A stretch of 64,000 bases of DNA, from assembly GCA_030141605.1 (NCBI GenBank), contig JAQGDQ010000380.1, forward strand, positions 62,001 through 126,000, written 5' to 3'. The notes below the pieces were generated by a model, which saw nothing but the letters and a program-made list of their open reading frames with translations, did not search any database and was not told where the DNA came from. The position numbers and the translations under genes are program-made. Below are positions 51,099 to 64,000 of the stretch, one piece after another (the stretch's first letter is position 1; every line of letters starts with the position of its first letter). Origin of the DNA: Tubiluchus corallicola (Eukaryota; Animalia; Priapulida).

Positions 51099-51122
51099 CT
51101 TCAGACACATTCCTTTTTGCAT
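51099..51122 (-). CDS. Secreted LDLa-repeat protein, exon 1 coding part (start codon)
   Basis: ACC ATG CAA AAA GGA ATG TGT CTG AAG|gtaagg = MQKGMCLK in phase 0; joins exon 2 to give signal-peptide-like MQKGMCLKVYTWICATMVAVKILIQVHA-DP. Confidence 0.6.
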
Positions 51123-51214
51123 GGTAGACTTCTATACGTCGACTAAAGTTTAAAATGGTTCTCCCGATAGCACCTTCTAGGATCTACTGCTCCTGGGGGA
51201 GGAGACAGGCGTCG

Positions 51215-51220
51215 TTTATA
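51215..51220 (-). promoter_or_regulatory. Possible TATA box of the LDLa gene
   Basis: TATAAA on minus strand ~95 nt upstream of the proposed ATG, in a locally GC-richer patch. Confidence 0.35.
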
Positions 51221-51379
51221 AATGTGTCGCCCACTCACCTGCATAATATTAGCGCTCGCGTCAGGTAACAGACTAATGCGCAGCTCATGCACCTAGTAAG
51301 AGGGTTAATTTATATTATTCGTATATGTATATATTACTGCTTTTCGCTTTTGTGTTGTACGAAACTTTTTATTTCTCAA

Positions 51380-52075
51380 TACATACAGAGTATATATGCA
51401 GATAAATACAGACTATATATACAGATATATCTAGATATCTACAGATAAATACAGAGTATATATACAGATATATCTAGATATCTACAGATAAATACAGAGT
51501 ATATATATATAGATATATGTGGATATCTACAGATAAATACAGAGTATATATACAGATATCTGGATATCTACAGATAAATACAGAGTATATATACAGATAT
51601 CTGGATATCTACAGATAAATACAGAGTATATATACAGATATCTGGATATCTACAGATAAATACAGAGTATATATACAGATATATCTGGATATCCACAGAT
51701 AAATACAGAGTATATATATAGATATATCTGGATAGCTACAGATAAATACAGAGTATATATATAGATATATGTGGATATCTACAGATAAATACAGAGTATA
51801 TATACAGATATATGTGGATATCTACAGATAAATACAGAGTATATATACAGATAAATACAGAGTATGTATACAGATATAACTGCATATCTACAGATAAATA
51901 CAGAGTACATATACATACATATCTGGATATCTACAAATAAATACAGAGTATATATACAGATATATGTGGATATCTACAGATAAATACAGAGTATATATAC
52001 AGATATATGTGGATATCTACAGATAAATACAGAGTATATATATAGATATATGTGGATATCTACAGATAAATACAC
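51380..52075. repeat. 41-43-bp tandem array
   Basis: Unit ggatatctacagataaatacagagtatatatacagatatatgt. Confidence 0.93.
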
Positions 52076-52626
52076 GATTATACGTGTTAGTTAAGTTTCC
52101 ACTGATCTGTGATAAGTTTCATAAAAACTCATTTATATTGTTTATAAATTGTGATTTTTAGCTCGTGCTCAATTTTTAGCAGGATTTTCATGTGTGCGTA
52201 TTTTCAATTTGTCCCGTTTTGAAAGTTTTAAGAGTCTTAGTATGCTCTCTTTGTGTACGTTATGTATATATATGTACCACTGTTTATCTAGTTAGTTCGC
52301 TAAAGAAACTTAATCAGTACTTTGTTTTTCTCTTAAGAAAATTAAACAAAGCCTTATAGTGTTTTAACGTTCTTAATAACAAGAACGTTCAACTTCTGAA
52401 CATCCTATATTCTTTCATTTTTGCTACTGTGTAGTGAAAACGGCGTGATTTAAAAAAACTACAAATTTTTTTTTGATAATTTGGTGTGTTAGCAGATAAA
52501 ATCAAACTTTTATGAGTAAAAGACCCTCCTAAGTGTTACAATTTTAGTAGGATTTTCATGTGTGCATGTTCTCAATTTGTGCCGTTTAGGAACGTTTTAA
52601 GAGTTCTAGTGTGATCTCTTTGTGTA

Positions 52627-52678
52627 TTTGAACTCACGACCTCCTAGATGGAAAGCACACGCATTACCACTAGGCTAA
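52627..52678 (-). pseudogene. Truncated tRNA-derived (SINE-like) head
   Basis: Minus strand TAGCCTAGTGGTAATGCGTGTGCTTTCCATCTAGGAGGTCGTGAGTTCAA: A box and partial B box; cut off by the inverted-repeat arm. Confidence 0.55.
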
Positions 52679-53831
52679 ACCATCTGGTCTAAAATCGCTT
52701 AACTCAACGGATGAAATCCTTCATTTTTTCCACAAAAAAATCGCTTAACTCAAAATTTTGCCCAACTCTAACAAAAACTTATGGTCCATTTAATCAAAAT
52801 ACATGTAATTTACTTCGCCTAACTCAAAACTACGCACAAACTGAACTGCAGTACGTAAGACATTGGTAGTTCCACGTCATATTGTTTAACAGTGTTGTGT
52901 ACATGTACTTTTGTAACATAAAAAAATCGTGTTTTTCTACATAATTTCTTATTCTTTATGTAATTGTCATTTATGTATAGAAGGGTTGACTTTCTGCCTT
53001 CTATTTAGCTCGCCGTCTGGAGGAGGGGCTTAGAGTTTGTATGCTGGAAAATGGTTAACATCGCCAAATTCAAAATAAATTATTTTTTTTCGCTCCGGGT
53101 TGGATTTGAGTTATGTGTAATTTACCGTATTTTCAATAAGGAAAAAAACAGGTTCTCACAACAAAGAGAAAAATCGCCCTCTATTTTACAGAAATCATTC
53201 CTATCTGCGTGTGAACAACCAACGCAAGTTTTATATATATATTTAACAGCAATGGCATTATGCTTAGCTTTTCCAGCAAGGTCGTGTGGGTAGAACAAAG
53301 TCAGCATCATGGATTACATCACCTCACAGCTAATCTGATAACTGAGAATTGCTGTTTCTAGAGAATTAAGCAGAGAAAGATCTGCAGAAATGCTAACGAA
53401 CTTGGCATTACCGTTTCCCTGCACGTGATATTGATAAGGTCACGGTCACGAAAGCTACAAGCTACAAGGAAACACAAGAAACGAATAAAAAATGTTTTAG
53501 TAACTTTTCATCTTTTATTCAGCTGTAACTACAAGCATCATTTTCATAATTCAAATATCTTTCAATCAGCAAGGCAAATAATCAACCATGTTACAGGAAA
53601 ATGATTTCAAATTAAAAACGGACATTATTTTACATAGTTATTGAATTTGTTTTCATTATCTTACTACACCGTGTGCTTTACTAGCACTTAAATACGACAC
53701 TTTTAAGAAAATAAAGATTTTATAAATTACTGGCGTTACAGGTCATTTTACATATCATGTATAAGATACAATTCTTGTATAAAATGAATAAGGCTAAAAC
53801 TAATAACCAAAAAATAAACTTTACAATATAT

Positions 53832-54300
53832 CAGTGGCGGCTTGTAGTTAAAATTAGTGGGGGTGCTACTTCAAAAAATTTTTTGCCATTGTTTTAATAC
53901 CATGTAAAACGAATTTTAATTTCGTAATTTGTAATTGTAATTTTTAACAAACAAACATATGAAACTTTGTAGATAAACATGATAAAATCCTAAACATAGT
54001 TTAAATTGTCACAGTTCGAGCTTGATTCGTTCACGGTAAGTACGTGACAACTGACAAGAAACTGTGTGAGGGACAGTACTTTCTCTACCTAGCATGCGCA
54101 CAACAGCGAAATTCCACGTTGCTGGAGTGCACTGTGCTGGGCTGTGAAGTAAACAGTACTACCCTCACATGCTCTGGTTCCGTACAAGTATAGAGAGAGA
54201 ACTAAAGAAAAAATACTCATTATATTGAATATTATCTAAAATATTGAGTGAAAACAGTGGGTGCTGCAGTTCCATACTACCTATATACGAGCCGCCACTC
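53832..54300. mobile_element. hAT-type MITE
   Basis: TIRs cagtggcggcttgta / tacgagccgccactc; 8-bp TSD CAATATAT/CAATAGAT. Confidence 0.85.
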
Positions 54301-54500
54301 CAATAGATAATAAGTCTTAAACATAAATCAGCAATTCATGCTTATAACATCACGTAAATAAAAAATGACTGCTCAGCCATATTGTTTTAAAAAAAGAGCT
54401 CAAACCGTACTGTGCGTTCAATTAATAGCGAGCCAAAAACCAGTGGCTAGGTTTATGTCTAAATTTATTGCTTTTAATGATCGGTCTGAAAAGAAAATTG

Positions 54501-55232
54501 CTAGTTCTGAGAAGTTTCAGTTCTAGTTCTGACAAGGTTTAGTTCCAGTTCTGAGAAGTTTCAGTTCTAGTTCTGACAAGGTTCAGTTCTAGTTCTGACA
54601 AGGTTCAGTTCTAGTTCTGACAAGGTTCGATTCTAGTTCTGACAAGGTTCAGTTCTAGTTCTGACAAGGTTCAGTTCTAGTTCTGACAAGGTTCAGTTCT
54701 AGTTCTGACAAGGTTCAGTTCTAGTTCTGTTAAGGTTCAGTTCTAGTTCTGACAAGGTTCAGTTCTAGTTCTGTTAAGGTTCAGTTCTAGTTCTGACAAG
54801 GTTCAGTTCTAGTTCTGACAAGGTTCAGTTCTAGTTCTGACAAGGTTCGGTTCTAGTTCTGACAAGGTTCGATTCTAGTTCTGACAAGGTTCAGTTCTAG
54901 TTCTGACAAGGTTCAGTTCTAGTTCTGACAAGGTTCAGTTCTAGTTCTGACAAGGTTCAGTTCTAGTTCTGACAAGGTTCAGTTCTAGTTCTGACAAGGT
55001 TCAGTTCTAGTTCTGACAAGGTTCAGTTCTAGTTCTGACAAGGTTCGGTTCTAGTTCTGACAAGGTTCAGTTCTAGTTCTGACAAGTTAGCTGTTTGACA
55101 ATCGTTCTACTGACAAACACAACACAAACCATTAAGGTTCAGTTCTAGTTCTGACAAGGTTCAGTTCTAGTTCTGACAAGGTTCAGTTCTAGTTCTGACA
55201 AGGTTCGGTTCTAGTTCTGACAAGGTTCGGTT
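54501..55232. repeat. 22-bp tandem array, ~30 copies
   Basis: Unit ttctagttctgacaaggttcag; one ~50-bp interruption at ~55086-55135. Confidence 0.96.
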
Positions 55233-55348
55233 ACAGTCAAGTGTTCCCAACTACCGGCTGCAACCACTCTTGAATTAGCTGCACTGGCTTTGTACAGCAT
55301 GCAGTTCTGACAGTTACGACGGTTACCACGACCACGACGTCGATATCC
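55211..55348 (-). CDS. EGF-EGF-PAN protein, probable last coding exon
   Basis: gtaatttcag|GGA TAT...; GYRRRGRGNRRNCQNCMLYKASAANSRVVAAGSWEHLTVTEPCQN* (TAG 55213-55211); completes a PAN-like CxLY motif; phase 0 matches the previous exon. Confidence 0.75.
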   Translation of the reverse strand, partial: GYRRRGRGNRRNCQNCMLYKASAANSRVVAAGSWEHLTVTEPCQN

Positions 55349-56259
55349 CTGAAATTACACATAAAAACCATTACTAAAACACAAGAAATAGCACACATAG
55401 ACTTTTTATTACACAAATGATTAAATACGGAATAACCTACTGGGTGGCAATAATTAACTCGATAAGCCTTTTCACTGTTTCGTTGTGCATACGCGCAGTT
55501 GCTGTAGGTCAAAGGTTAAGTGCATCACACTAATGTGTCTTAACTACAACCGTCACGTGACAGGTGGTTAAATCAAAGTTGTCTGCCTCACTGGTTTAGT
55601 AGTTTCAGTTGTTTTACATGGACTTTACTTAACTATGCATTAGTCTGTGCGTAGAGTGGTTTACTAGCAGTATCTTGCTTGAGAACAAGAAAAAATGAAC
55701 TACATAAGGTTCTAGGTAGCTGTTAAAACCGTTACTATTACAATAGCATGGGCTGCGAGATGTTGTCATGTGTACACCAATGTGTTGTCTGGTACACTTA
55801 ACCTTTGACCTTTTCACCATCATCAATTGTTGGAACTGTGAAAAGGCTTATTAGAAATAAAAACGCGGATAACCTAAACAAAAACATCATTAGTAATGCA
55901 TGTAAACAACACTTTGGAAAAAAAATTAACAAAAAAAAAATCAATCAAAATTTTAACTTTTAACGGTGAATCAACACAACATTGCAAGAATTTCACTGTA
56001 TGTGCCAGTCTCTCTTGACGAAGAAAAAACACATAAGAACCATATTGTACCTTTCTTATATAAGCAGCATAATGCATAGTTAAGGGAGCCTGAAACAGCT
56101 GCCACATACTCAGCAGATAATGTTATGAAAAGGCAGGGGCAGCAAGAGTTGGCTGTTCATCCCAAGCAAACTAGAACTTCGCAGCTAAGAGAACTTAAAA
56201 AGTGCCACTGGAATGAAGTTCGCGCAAAACTAAGGAGTGACAAGAAACCTGCCGTCATA

Positions 56260-56898
56260 GATGTTTGAAGGTTAAAAAGGAAATTCATTGGTTCCGTGAA
56301 TAATTCTCTCAAGTATGGGCCATAATCGTAATGACATAGTAGCTAAAACTCTGATCAATACATATTGTCTTCCCATTTTGTTATACGGGTGCGAAATTGC
56401 GGGTATATCAAACAATGAAGTTAATGCCGTTAGGGTAAAACGGAACACTGCTTATAGAAAGATATTCGGTTTTAGACAAAATGAAAGCGTCAAATTGTTA
56501 ATGTATTTTTGTGGAACAATGCCTGCGAATTATTTAATGGATAGTCGAAAGTTAAACTTTGTGAGAAAAATTGTAAACTCTTGCACATTGAGAATTCCAA
56601 AGCTATGCTATTATGTAAATAACAGTCAAGTAAATTTAAGATTTAAATCTGGTTGTACTGTAGATCTAAACGAAAATGTACCATTAAAGGTTAAAAACTC
56701 ATTTAAAGATTATGTTTTAAGATACCATTATAGCTCCTTACAACACTGTATAATGTAATATAATTACAAGGGAACTACAATGTGTAGTTATTATAAAGTT
56801 GAATGTCTGTAGATATGTTACTTTACTAACATCGCATTACCTGTTTTACTAACATGTTTATCTTTGTAAACTGTATATTTTTTATACGAAATAAACTC

Positions 56899-56930
<32 letters not shown>
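56260..56930 (+). mobile_element. 5'-truncated non-LTR retrotransposon (LINE ORF2 C-terminus + tail)
   Basis: ORF 56315-56758 with LINTYCLPILLYGCE..AYRKIFG, typical of the post-RT region of LINEs; AATAAA at 56890 followed by a (TAA)n tail. Confidence 0.85.
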
Positions 56931-56931
<1 letters not shown>

Positions 56932-57180
56932 TCAGTAGAAAAATTTTCACTTTATAAGTAAAAGCGATATTTTCTTTGAATGACCAAGCATATGTAAATA
57001 ATCAGTTTTTACAAATGCAATTTAATCAGTTATTGTCAAGTTTCGGCTACGAAAATTGATAATTTTCAACGAAAATGATGTTCATCCGAAAGTGCAATTG
57101 TCGGCAAACTGAGACGAAAATTTGGTTTCAGTAACATTCCTGCTCAAAATTCTACTAATAAATGGACAGTTGACTCATAC

Positions 57181-57320
57181 CTGAACATTTACATCTGCAA
57201 ACTTGCAACCCGGAGTCTCCAGACATTCGGCTTGGCATTCTTCTGCAGTTTGATAACATTTTGATGCTATGCGATTACGTCTGTGGGTTCTTAGTCGTCC
57301 ACGGCTAGCAGTGAAAACAG
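57181..57320 (-). CDS. EGF-EGF-PAN protein, PAN/Apple-like exon
   Basis: tatttttcag|CT GTT...CAG|gtatga; (P)VFTASRGRLRTHRRNRIASKCYQTAEECQAECLETPGCKFADVNVQ; EECxxxC....C PAN pattern; phase 1-0. Confidence 0.85.
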
Positions 57321-57344
57321 CTGAAAAATAACATCATTAATTGT

Positions 57345-58672
<1,328 letters not shown>

Positions 58673-58689
58673 TTCAGGTCTAACATCGG

Positions 58690-59430
58690 CAGTAACGCTG
58701 TATAAATGTGTAAATTTAAACTCCCGCGATGACCGTCAGGCGCGGCCATTTTAATGGTAGGTCGTTTGAAATAAGTTTAGATAACACTAAGTAAAGTTTG
58801 AAAAAATCATCAGAGCATTCGTTGCACACGCGTTGCTAGCTAAATAAATTTTTTAATTACTGTATTTTGGCAATAAGATTAAAAATATGTTTTTGGTTAG
58901 TGAGTGGCGCACCCTGGAGGGTGAGTCAGCGACATTTTACCAATTAGCACGAACATTTTAAATTATTAGTTTAGTTACATAAGTCTTTCCAGCAGATAAG
59001 TGAAATGCTAAGTAATATAGATTTGCACGGAAAGATTTTTGGGTCATAATTTAACATTGCCTTTTCTTCCCCTGATTTACGTGGCGTAGTGACGTCATGT
59101 AATGGCGCCGTCGGAACAATATTGCGGGAGATTTAAAATGCAAACAAACAAAAATTGCTTTCAACGTGAGTAAGATATAAGGAAATAAATTTGCCGTAGA
59201 GTAGTATAATTTTTTAAGGCGATTTTTCTGAAACCTACTTCAGGTACCTCTTTTCTTGTCCTTTCAGTTTGTGACATGTATGCTACGGATGCTCTGATTA
59301 TTTTTTCAAATTTTACTCAATGTTATCAAGACTTGTTTCAAACGACCTACCATCAAAATGGCTGCACCTAACAGTCGTCGTAGGAGTTTAAATTTACAAG
59401 TTTTATACAGCGTTAGTGCCGAGGCAAGCT
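58690..59430. mobile_element. Inverted pair of a dispersed repeat (other copies at ~19160-19310 and ~35830-35980)
   Basis: aacgctgtataaatgtgtaaatttaaactcccgcgatgaccgtc... (58690-58830) versus the reverse-complement copy at ~59280-59430. Confidence 0.75.
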
Positions 59431-60328
59431 GTGCATGCAAAAACGTAGTACGTAAGTGATATAAAATTTCAAGACGAATTTTTAAGCTTTACGACGTAAG
59501 TAGAGGGTTTATGAAAACCAATATAAAAATTGGTCCTTCAAATGCGATAACCAAAGTGGTTATGCTAGGTACGAGCACATGTCTTTAGGTTGTATTGAAG
59601 TATATCGCAAAGCAGCGGCCGACCAGCAAGTGACACCTGGCATTTGTTAGTATATGTAGTTTGTACTAGAGATAAAAGAATTATGTAATAAATGTGAAAA
59701 AAGGAAAAGTTAGGTAGGTCAGTAAGAACAGGGTAGCGCTAAAACAGTTTGGAGAAAGAAGGTCATGGGAGTAGGTTTACATATTATAGTTTTAGTTTTT
59801 TGAGAGGTGATTATGTTCTCATTTTTGTAGGAGTGTAATTATAATCATAAAATAGTTTGTATTAATGGAGAGAAATTTTGTATACGTATAGTTACAATAT
59901 TTTGCAAGGAATATGTTATGAAAAGAGTAAGGAAGACAAAATGACAAATACAAATACAGGTTTTTGGAGTCATCAGGAGGAACTTGAGAGTCGAATTTTC
60001 GAACAAGTGGAGGGCTTTCTTGTGTCATTTTCGCTCAAGTGTTAGGACAATGACAGGAAGTAGTCGCTACATGTTGACTGTAATAAGAGGCCATAATGTT
60101 AAAGTCTCGAAGTAACTGTCTTATCTGTGATCGTGAATAGAGAAAAAAACATTAGCTATGTGAAATCAGATATAATTTGCAAAGTACTAATTGAAACTAA
60201 TGAAATACATGTATACCAGTAACTCTAGCTTTAAAAATTTTATTCTTATTCCAAAAAGATGACCATGAAGCTGCTTTCGTAAAAAAATTCTTAAAATTTT
60301 AAGCTTTTAATTGTTATAAATGCCTTAC

Positions 60329-60469
60329 GTATTGCGCATTCAGGTCCAGTGAAACCGGTGTGGACGCAGTCACAGTCGCATTCGTGTTCGCTAACGTCGT
60401 TAATTAAACACGTCCCGCCGTTACGACAGCCAGTCGATCGACAATCGTCTACGCGAACTCTATCCGGAA
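60329..60469 (-). CDS. EGF-EGF-PAN protein, EGF exon
   Basis: gtttttcag|TT CCG...ATA C|gtaagg; (V)PDRVRVDDCRSTGCRNGGTCLINDVSEHECDCDCVHTGFTGPECAI; 141 nt, phase 1-1. Confidence 0.93.
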
Positions 60470-60894
60470 CTGAAAAACAAAAAGATGTGACATTGTGTGA
60501 TGTCATAGTAACATAACAGGACAGGAATAATGTGGGAGGCGAAGTGAAAAAAAAGGTGATCACATAAAGTCACACCTGTTGATTTAATAGCTGACTAACT
60601 GATGCTGAATCATTTATTTTAAATTCTTATTGCTTGTCGCTTATCATTTTAATGCACAATTTTGTGTTTTGGATTTGATTTTTGAAATTTGCTAAACCGA
60701 ATAAAATGTTGTACTCAAGATGGAGTAGACTCGTGTTAAAATTAAAATTACATTATTAAAAGTGAGATTAAAGAAAGGAAATTTAATGCTGGCATGGGAA
60801 TATAGTGGAACTTTCAGTTGTGCATGTGAACGTGGCTTTATCAGAACAGATTTATATTTTGATGTTGTATTAGTAAAAGCTACCAGTCACGTGC

Positions 60895-63065
60895 ACACAT
60901 GAGCTTATAAAAAGGAAAGGTCTACTGTAGATCCTTGTCAGTGGTCACATGAGCTTATAAAAAGGAAAGGTCTACTGTAGATCCTTGTCAGGGGTCACTT
61001 GAGCTTATAAAAAGGAAAGGTCTACTGTAGATCCTTGTCAGTGGTCACCTGAGCTTATAAAAAGGAAAGGTCTACTGTAGATCCTTGTCAGTGGTCACCT
61101 GAGCTTATAAAAAGGAAAGGTCTACTGTAGATCCTTGTCAGTGGTCACCTGAGCTTATAAAAGGAAAGGTCTACTGTAGATCCTTGTCAGTGGTCATGAG
61201 CTTATAAAAAGGAAAGGTGTACTGTAGATCCTTGTCAGTGGTCACCTGAGCTTATAAAAAGGAAAGGTGTACTGTAGATCCTTGTCAGTGGTCACCTGAG
61301 CTTATAAAAAGGAAAGGTCTACTGTAGATCCTTGTCAGTGGTCACTTGAGCTTATAAAAAGGAAAGGTGTACTGTAGATCCTTGTCAGGGGTCACTTGAG
61401 CTTATAAAAAGGAAAGGTGTACTGTAGATCCTTTCAGAACCAAAAAAAACAACCCACAACAAAAAAAACAACCCACAACTTATAAAAGGAAAGGACTGTA
61501 GATCCTTGTCAGTGGTCACCTGAGCTTATAAAAAGGAAAGGTGTACTGTAGATCCTTGTCAGTGGTCACCTGAGCTTATAAAAGGAAAGGTGTACTGTAG
61601 ATCCTTGTCAGTGGTCACCTGAGCTTATAAAAAGGAAAGTGTACTGTAGATCCTTGTCAGTGGTCACCTGAGCTTATAAAAAGGGAAGGTCTACTGTAGA
61701 TCCTTGTCAGTGGTCACCTGAGCTTATAAAAAGGAAAGGTCTACTGTAGATCCTTGTCAGTGGTCACTTGAGCTTATAAAAAGGAAAGGTGTACTGTAGA
61801 TCCTTGTCAGTGGTCACTTGAGCTTATAAAAAGGAAAGGTGTACTGTAGATCCTTGTCAGTGGTCACCTGAGCTTATAAAAAGGAAAGGTGTACTGTAGA
61901 TCCTTGTCAGTGGTCACCTGAGCTTATAAAAAGGAAAGGTGTACTGTAGATCCTTGTCAGTGGTCACCTGAGCTTATAAAAAGGAAAGGTCTACTGTAGA
62001 TCCTTGTCAGTGGTCACTTGAGCTTATAAAAAGGAAAGGTCTACTGTAGATCCTTGTCAGTGGTCACTTGAGCTTATAAAAAGGAAAGGTGTACTGGAGA
62101 TCCTTGTCAGGGGTCACTTGAGCTTATAAAAAGGAAAGGTGTACTGTAGATCCTTGTCAGTGGTCACCTGAGCTTATAAAAAGGAAAGGTGTACTGTAGA
62201 TCCTTGTCAGTGGTCACCTGAGCTTATAAAAAGGAAAGGTGTACTGTAGATCCTTGTCAGTGGTCACCTGAGCTTATAAAAAGGAAAGGTCTACTGTAGA
62301 TCCTTGTCAGTGGTCACTTGAGCTTATAAAAAGGAAAGGTCTACTGTAGATCCTTGTCAGTGGTCACTTGAGCTTATAAAAAGGAAAGGTCTACTGTAGA
62401 TCCTTGTCAGTGGTCACCTGAGCTTATAAAAAGGAAAGGTGTACTGTAGATCCTTGTCAGTGGTCACCTGAGCTTATAAAAAGGAAAGGTGTACTGTAGA
62501 TCCTTGTCAGTGGTCACCTGAGCTTATAAAAAGGAAAGGTGTACTGTAGATCCTTGTCAGTGGTCACTTGAGCTTATAAAAAGGAAAGGTCTACTGTAGA
62601 TCCTTGTCAGTGGTCACTTGAGCTTATAAAAAGGAAAGGTGTACTGTAGATCCTTGTCAGTGGTCACCTGAGCTTATAAAAAGGAAAGGTGTACTGTAGA
62701 TCCTTGTCAGTGGTCACCTGAGCTTATAAAAAGGAAAGGTGTACTGTAGATCCTTGTCAGTGGTCACTTGAGCTTATAAAAAGGAAAAGGACTACTGTAG
62801 ATCCTTGTCAGTGGTCACCTGAGTTTATAAAAAAGAAAAGGACTACTGTAGATCCTTGTCAGTGGTCACTTGAGCTTATAAAAAGGAAAGGTCTACTGTA
62901 GATCCTTGTCAGTGGTCACCTGAGTTTATAAAAGGAAAAGGACTACTGTAGATCCTTGTCAGTGGTCACTTGAGCTTATAAAAAGGAAAGGTCTACTGTA
63001 GATCCTTGTCAGTGGTCAACTGAGCTTATGAAAAGGAAAGGTCTACTGTAGATCCTTGTCAGTAG
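60895..63065. repeat. 50-bp tandem array, ~43 copies
   Basis: Unit gagcttataaaaaggaaaggtctactgtagatccttgtcagtggtcacct; one interruption at ~61437-61480. Confidence 0.97.
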
Positions 63066-63390
63066 TCAGTGTCATTCATTACGGATTGTCTCCTCCAGCT
63101 TTGCCGCAAATGGGCTGGTTTAATCCCATTCTTCTAGGGTTCACATTTGCATAAGCTGATTGTTCTTACTTAAGAAACTGCAGTTGTACTCAAATAATAA
63201 ATGGTCAATTCAACTCCATGATTTGAATTCTGTTTTAGCTCGAGCGTTTGTGATTGAAGTGCTGAATTATTCGAATCTATAATTTGAGGTTCCAATCGAA
63301 TTCGAACTAAAACTCCTTCGAACGTTTAATGCTCATCAATAACATTCAGCCTTTAATAAGTAAAGTTTATATTTGCCATGAACGATTTAC

Positions 63391-63513
63391 CAGGAATTTC
63401 GCAGTTTCTTCCGGCAAAATCTTCGCCACAGTCACACTCATATGTGTCACCAAGAGGTATGCAAATACCAAGTCCGCAAGGATCGCCCGCACATGCGAAG
63501 CCACCGCCTGAAC
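63391..63513 (-). CDS. EGF-EGF-PAN protein, EGF exon (5' part of gene outside window)
   Basis: ttttgtttacctag|GT TCA...CCT G|gtaaat; SGGGFACAGDPCGLGICIPLGDTYECDCGEDFAGRNCEIP; 123 nt, phase 1-1. Not in the ORF track. Confidence 0.92.
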
Positions 63514-64000
63514 CTAGGTAAACAAAACCAGGATTATTATTTTATCTGTCAGGAGACCACCAGTATCGATTTTTAATTGATGAATTAAAATGAATTTACA
63601 TTTTAGGATTAATACAGCACAGAAAAATCTGCCAAAGTTTGGATTACAATAATATAAGAAGCAAGTGCCCAACGAAATTGCAGTACATTAAGTTTAGGCT
63701 CTGAAAGTAACAAGTTTATAGCTTTAACGGTTTTTAAATTAGGTGGAACAGCTTTTGCTTATAAAAAATTTAAAAGCCGGAACAACGGCAGGTATAATAA
63801 TCAAGTGAAAAACACCCGCGTTTGACTTATAAAGCAGTCAATAGGTGGCAGCACAACAGTAAAGAAATCAACCAAGTTGCAATATGGTCTTTGCCACAAA
63901 AGACAAAGCACTGGTAAACATGAACAGGCAGCATAGAATAACAATTCAGTTCAATTCAATTCAATTTATTTTCCCAATAGCAGTTAAAATTCGTCATAAT

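Larger units (their letters stand above)
50677..52626. repeat. Pair of ~316-bp inverted repeats (50677-50993 / 52311-52626)
   Basis: tacacaaagagatcacact...aaagtactgatta versus taatcagtacttt...agtgtgatctctttgtgta; additional partial copy at ~52150-52266. Confidence 0.9.

Overview
AT-rich, intron- and repeat-rich eukaryotic DNA, probably an invertebrate (TTAGGG-type repeats argue against nematodes and TTAGG-type arthropods). Three genes could be rebuilt by hand from splice sites and reading phase. (1) On +, the 3' part of SNRNP70 (U1-70K): exons 16560-16687, 21034-21115, 34430-34531 and 36598-37094; no 5' exons were found in the window. (2) On -, a complete predicted ~322-aa secreted protein with a signal peptide and five LDL-receptor class A modules (7 exons, 51122 to 40311), convergent with SNRNP70. 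(3) On -, the 3' part of an EGF-EGF-PAN/Apple gene (63513 to 55211). The rest is MITEs, three solo LTRs with target-site duplications (TSDs), LINE/SINE fragments and about 15 unrelated tandem arrays; most long ORFs in the supplied track are artefacts of these repeats. The most interesting signal lies in the 13.3-kb SNRNP70 intron at the position of the vertebrate autoregulatory poison-exon intron. It holds a duplicated module, AG-TGCYGG-GTAAGT-TC(C)GG-GTAAGTAT-..-ACCAGGACTRCCTG, with extended complementarity to the U1 snRNA 5' end and a built-in U1-mimic strand, plus other short exons that would create immediate stops. Together these form a candidate multi-module U1 snRNP sensor. All alignments were done by eye; no database search was run.
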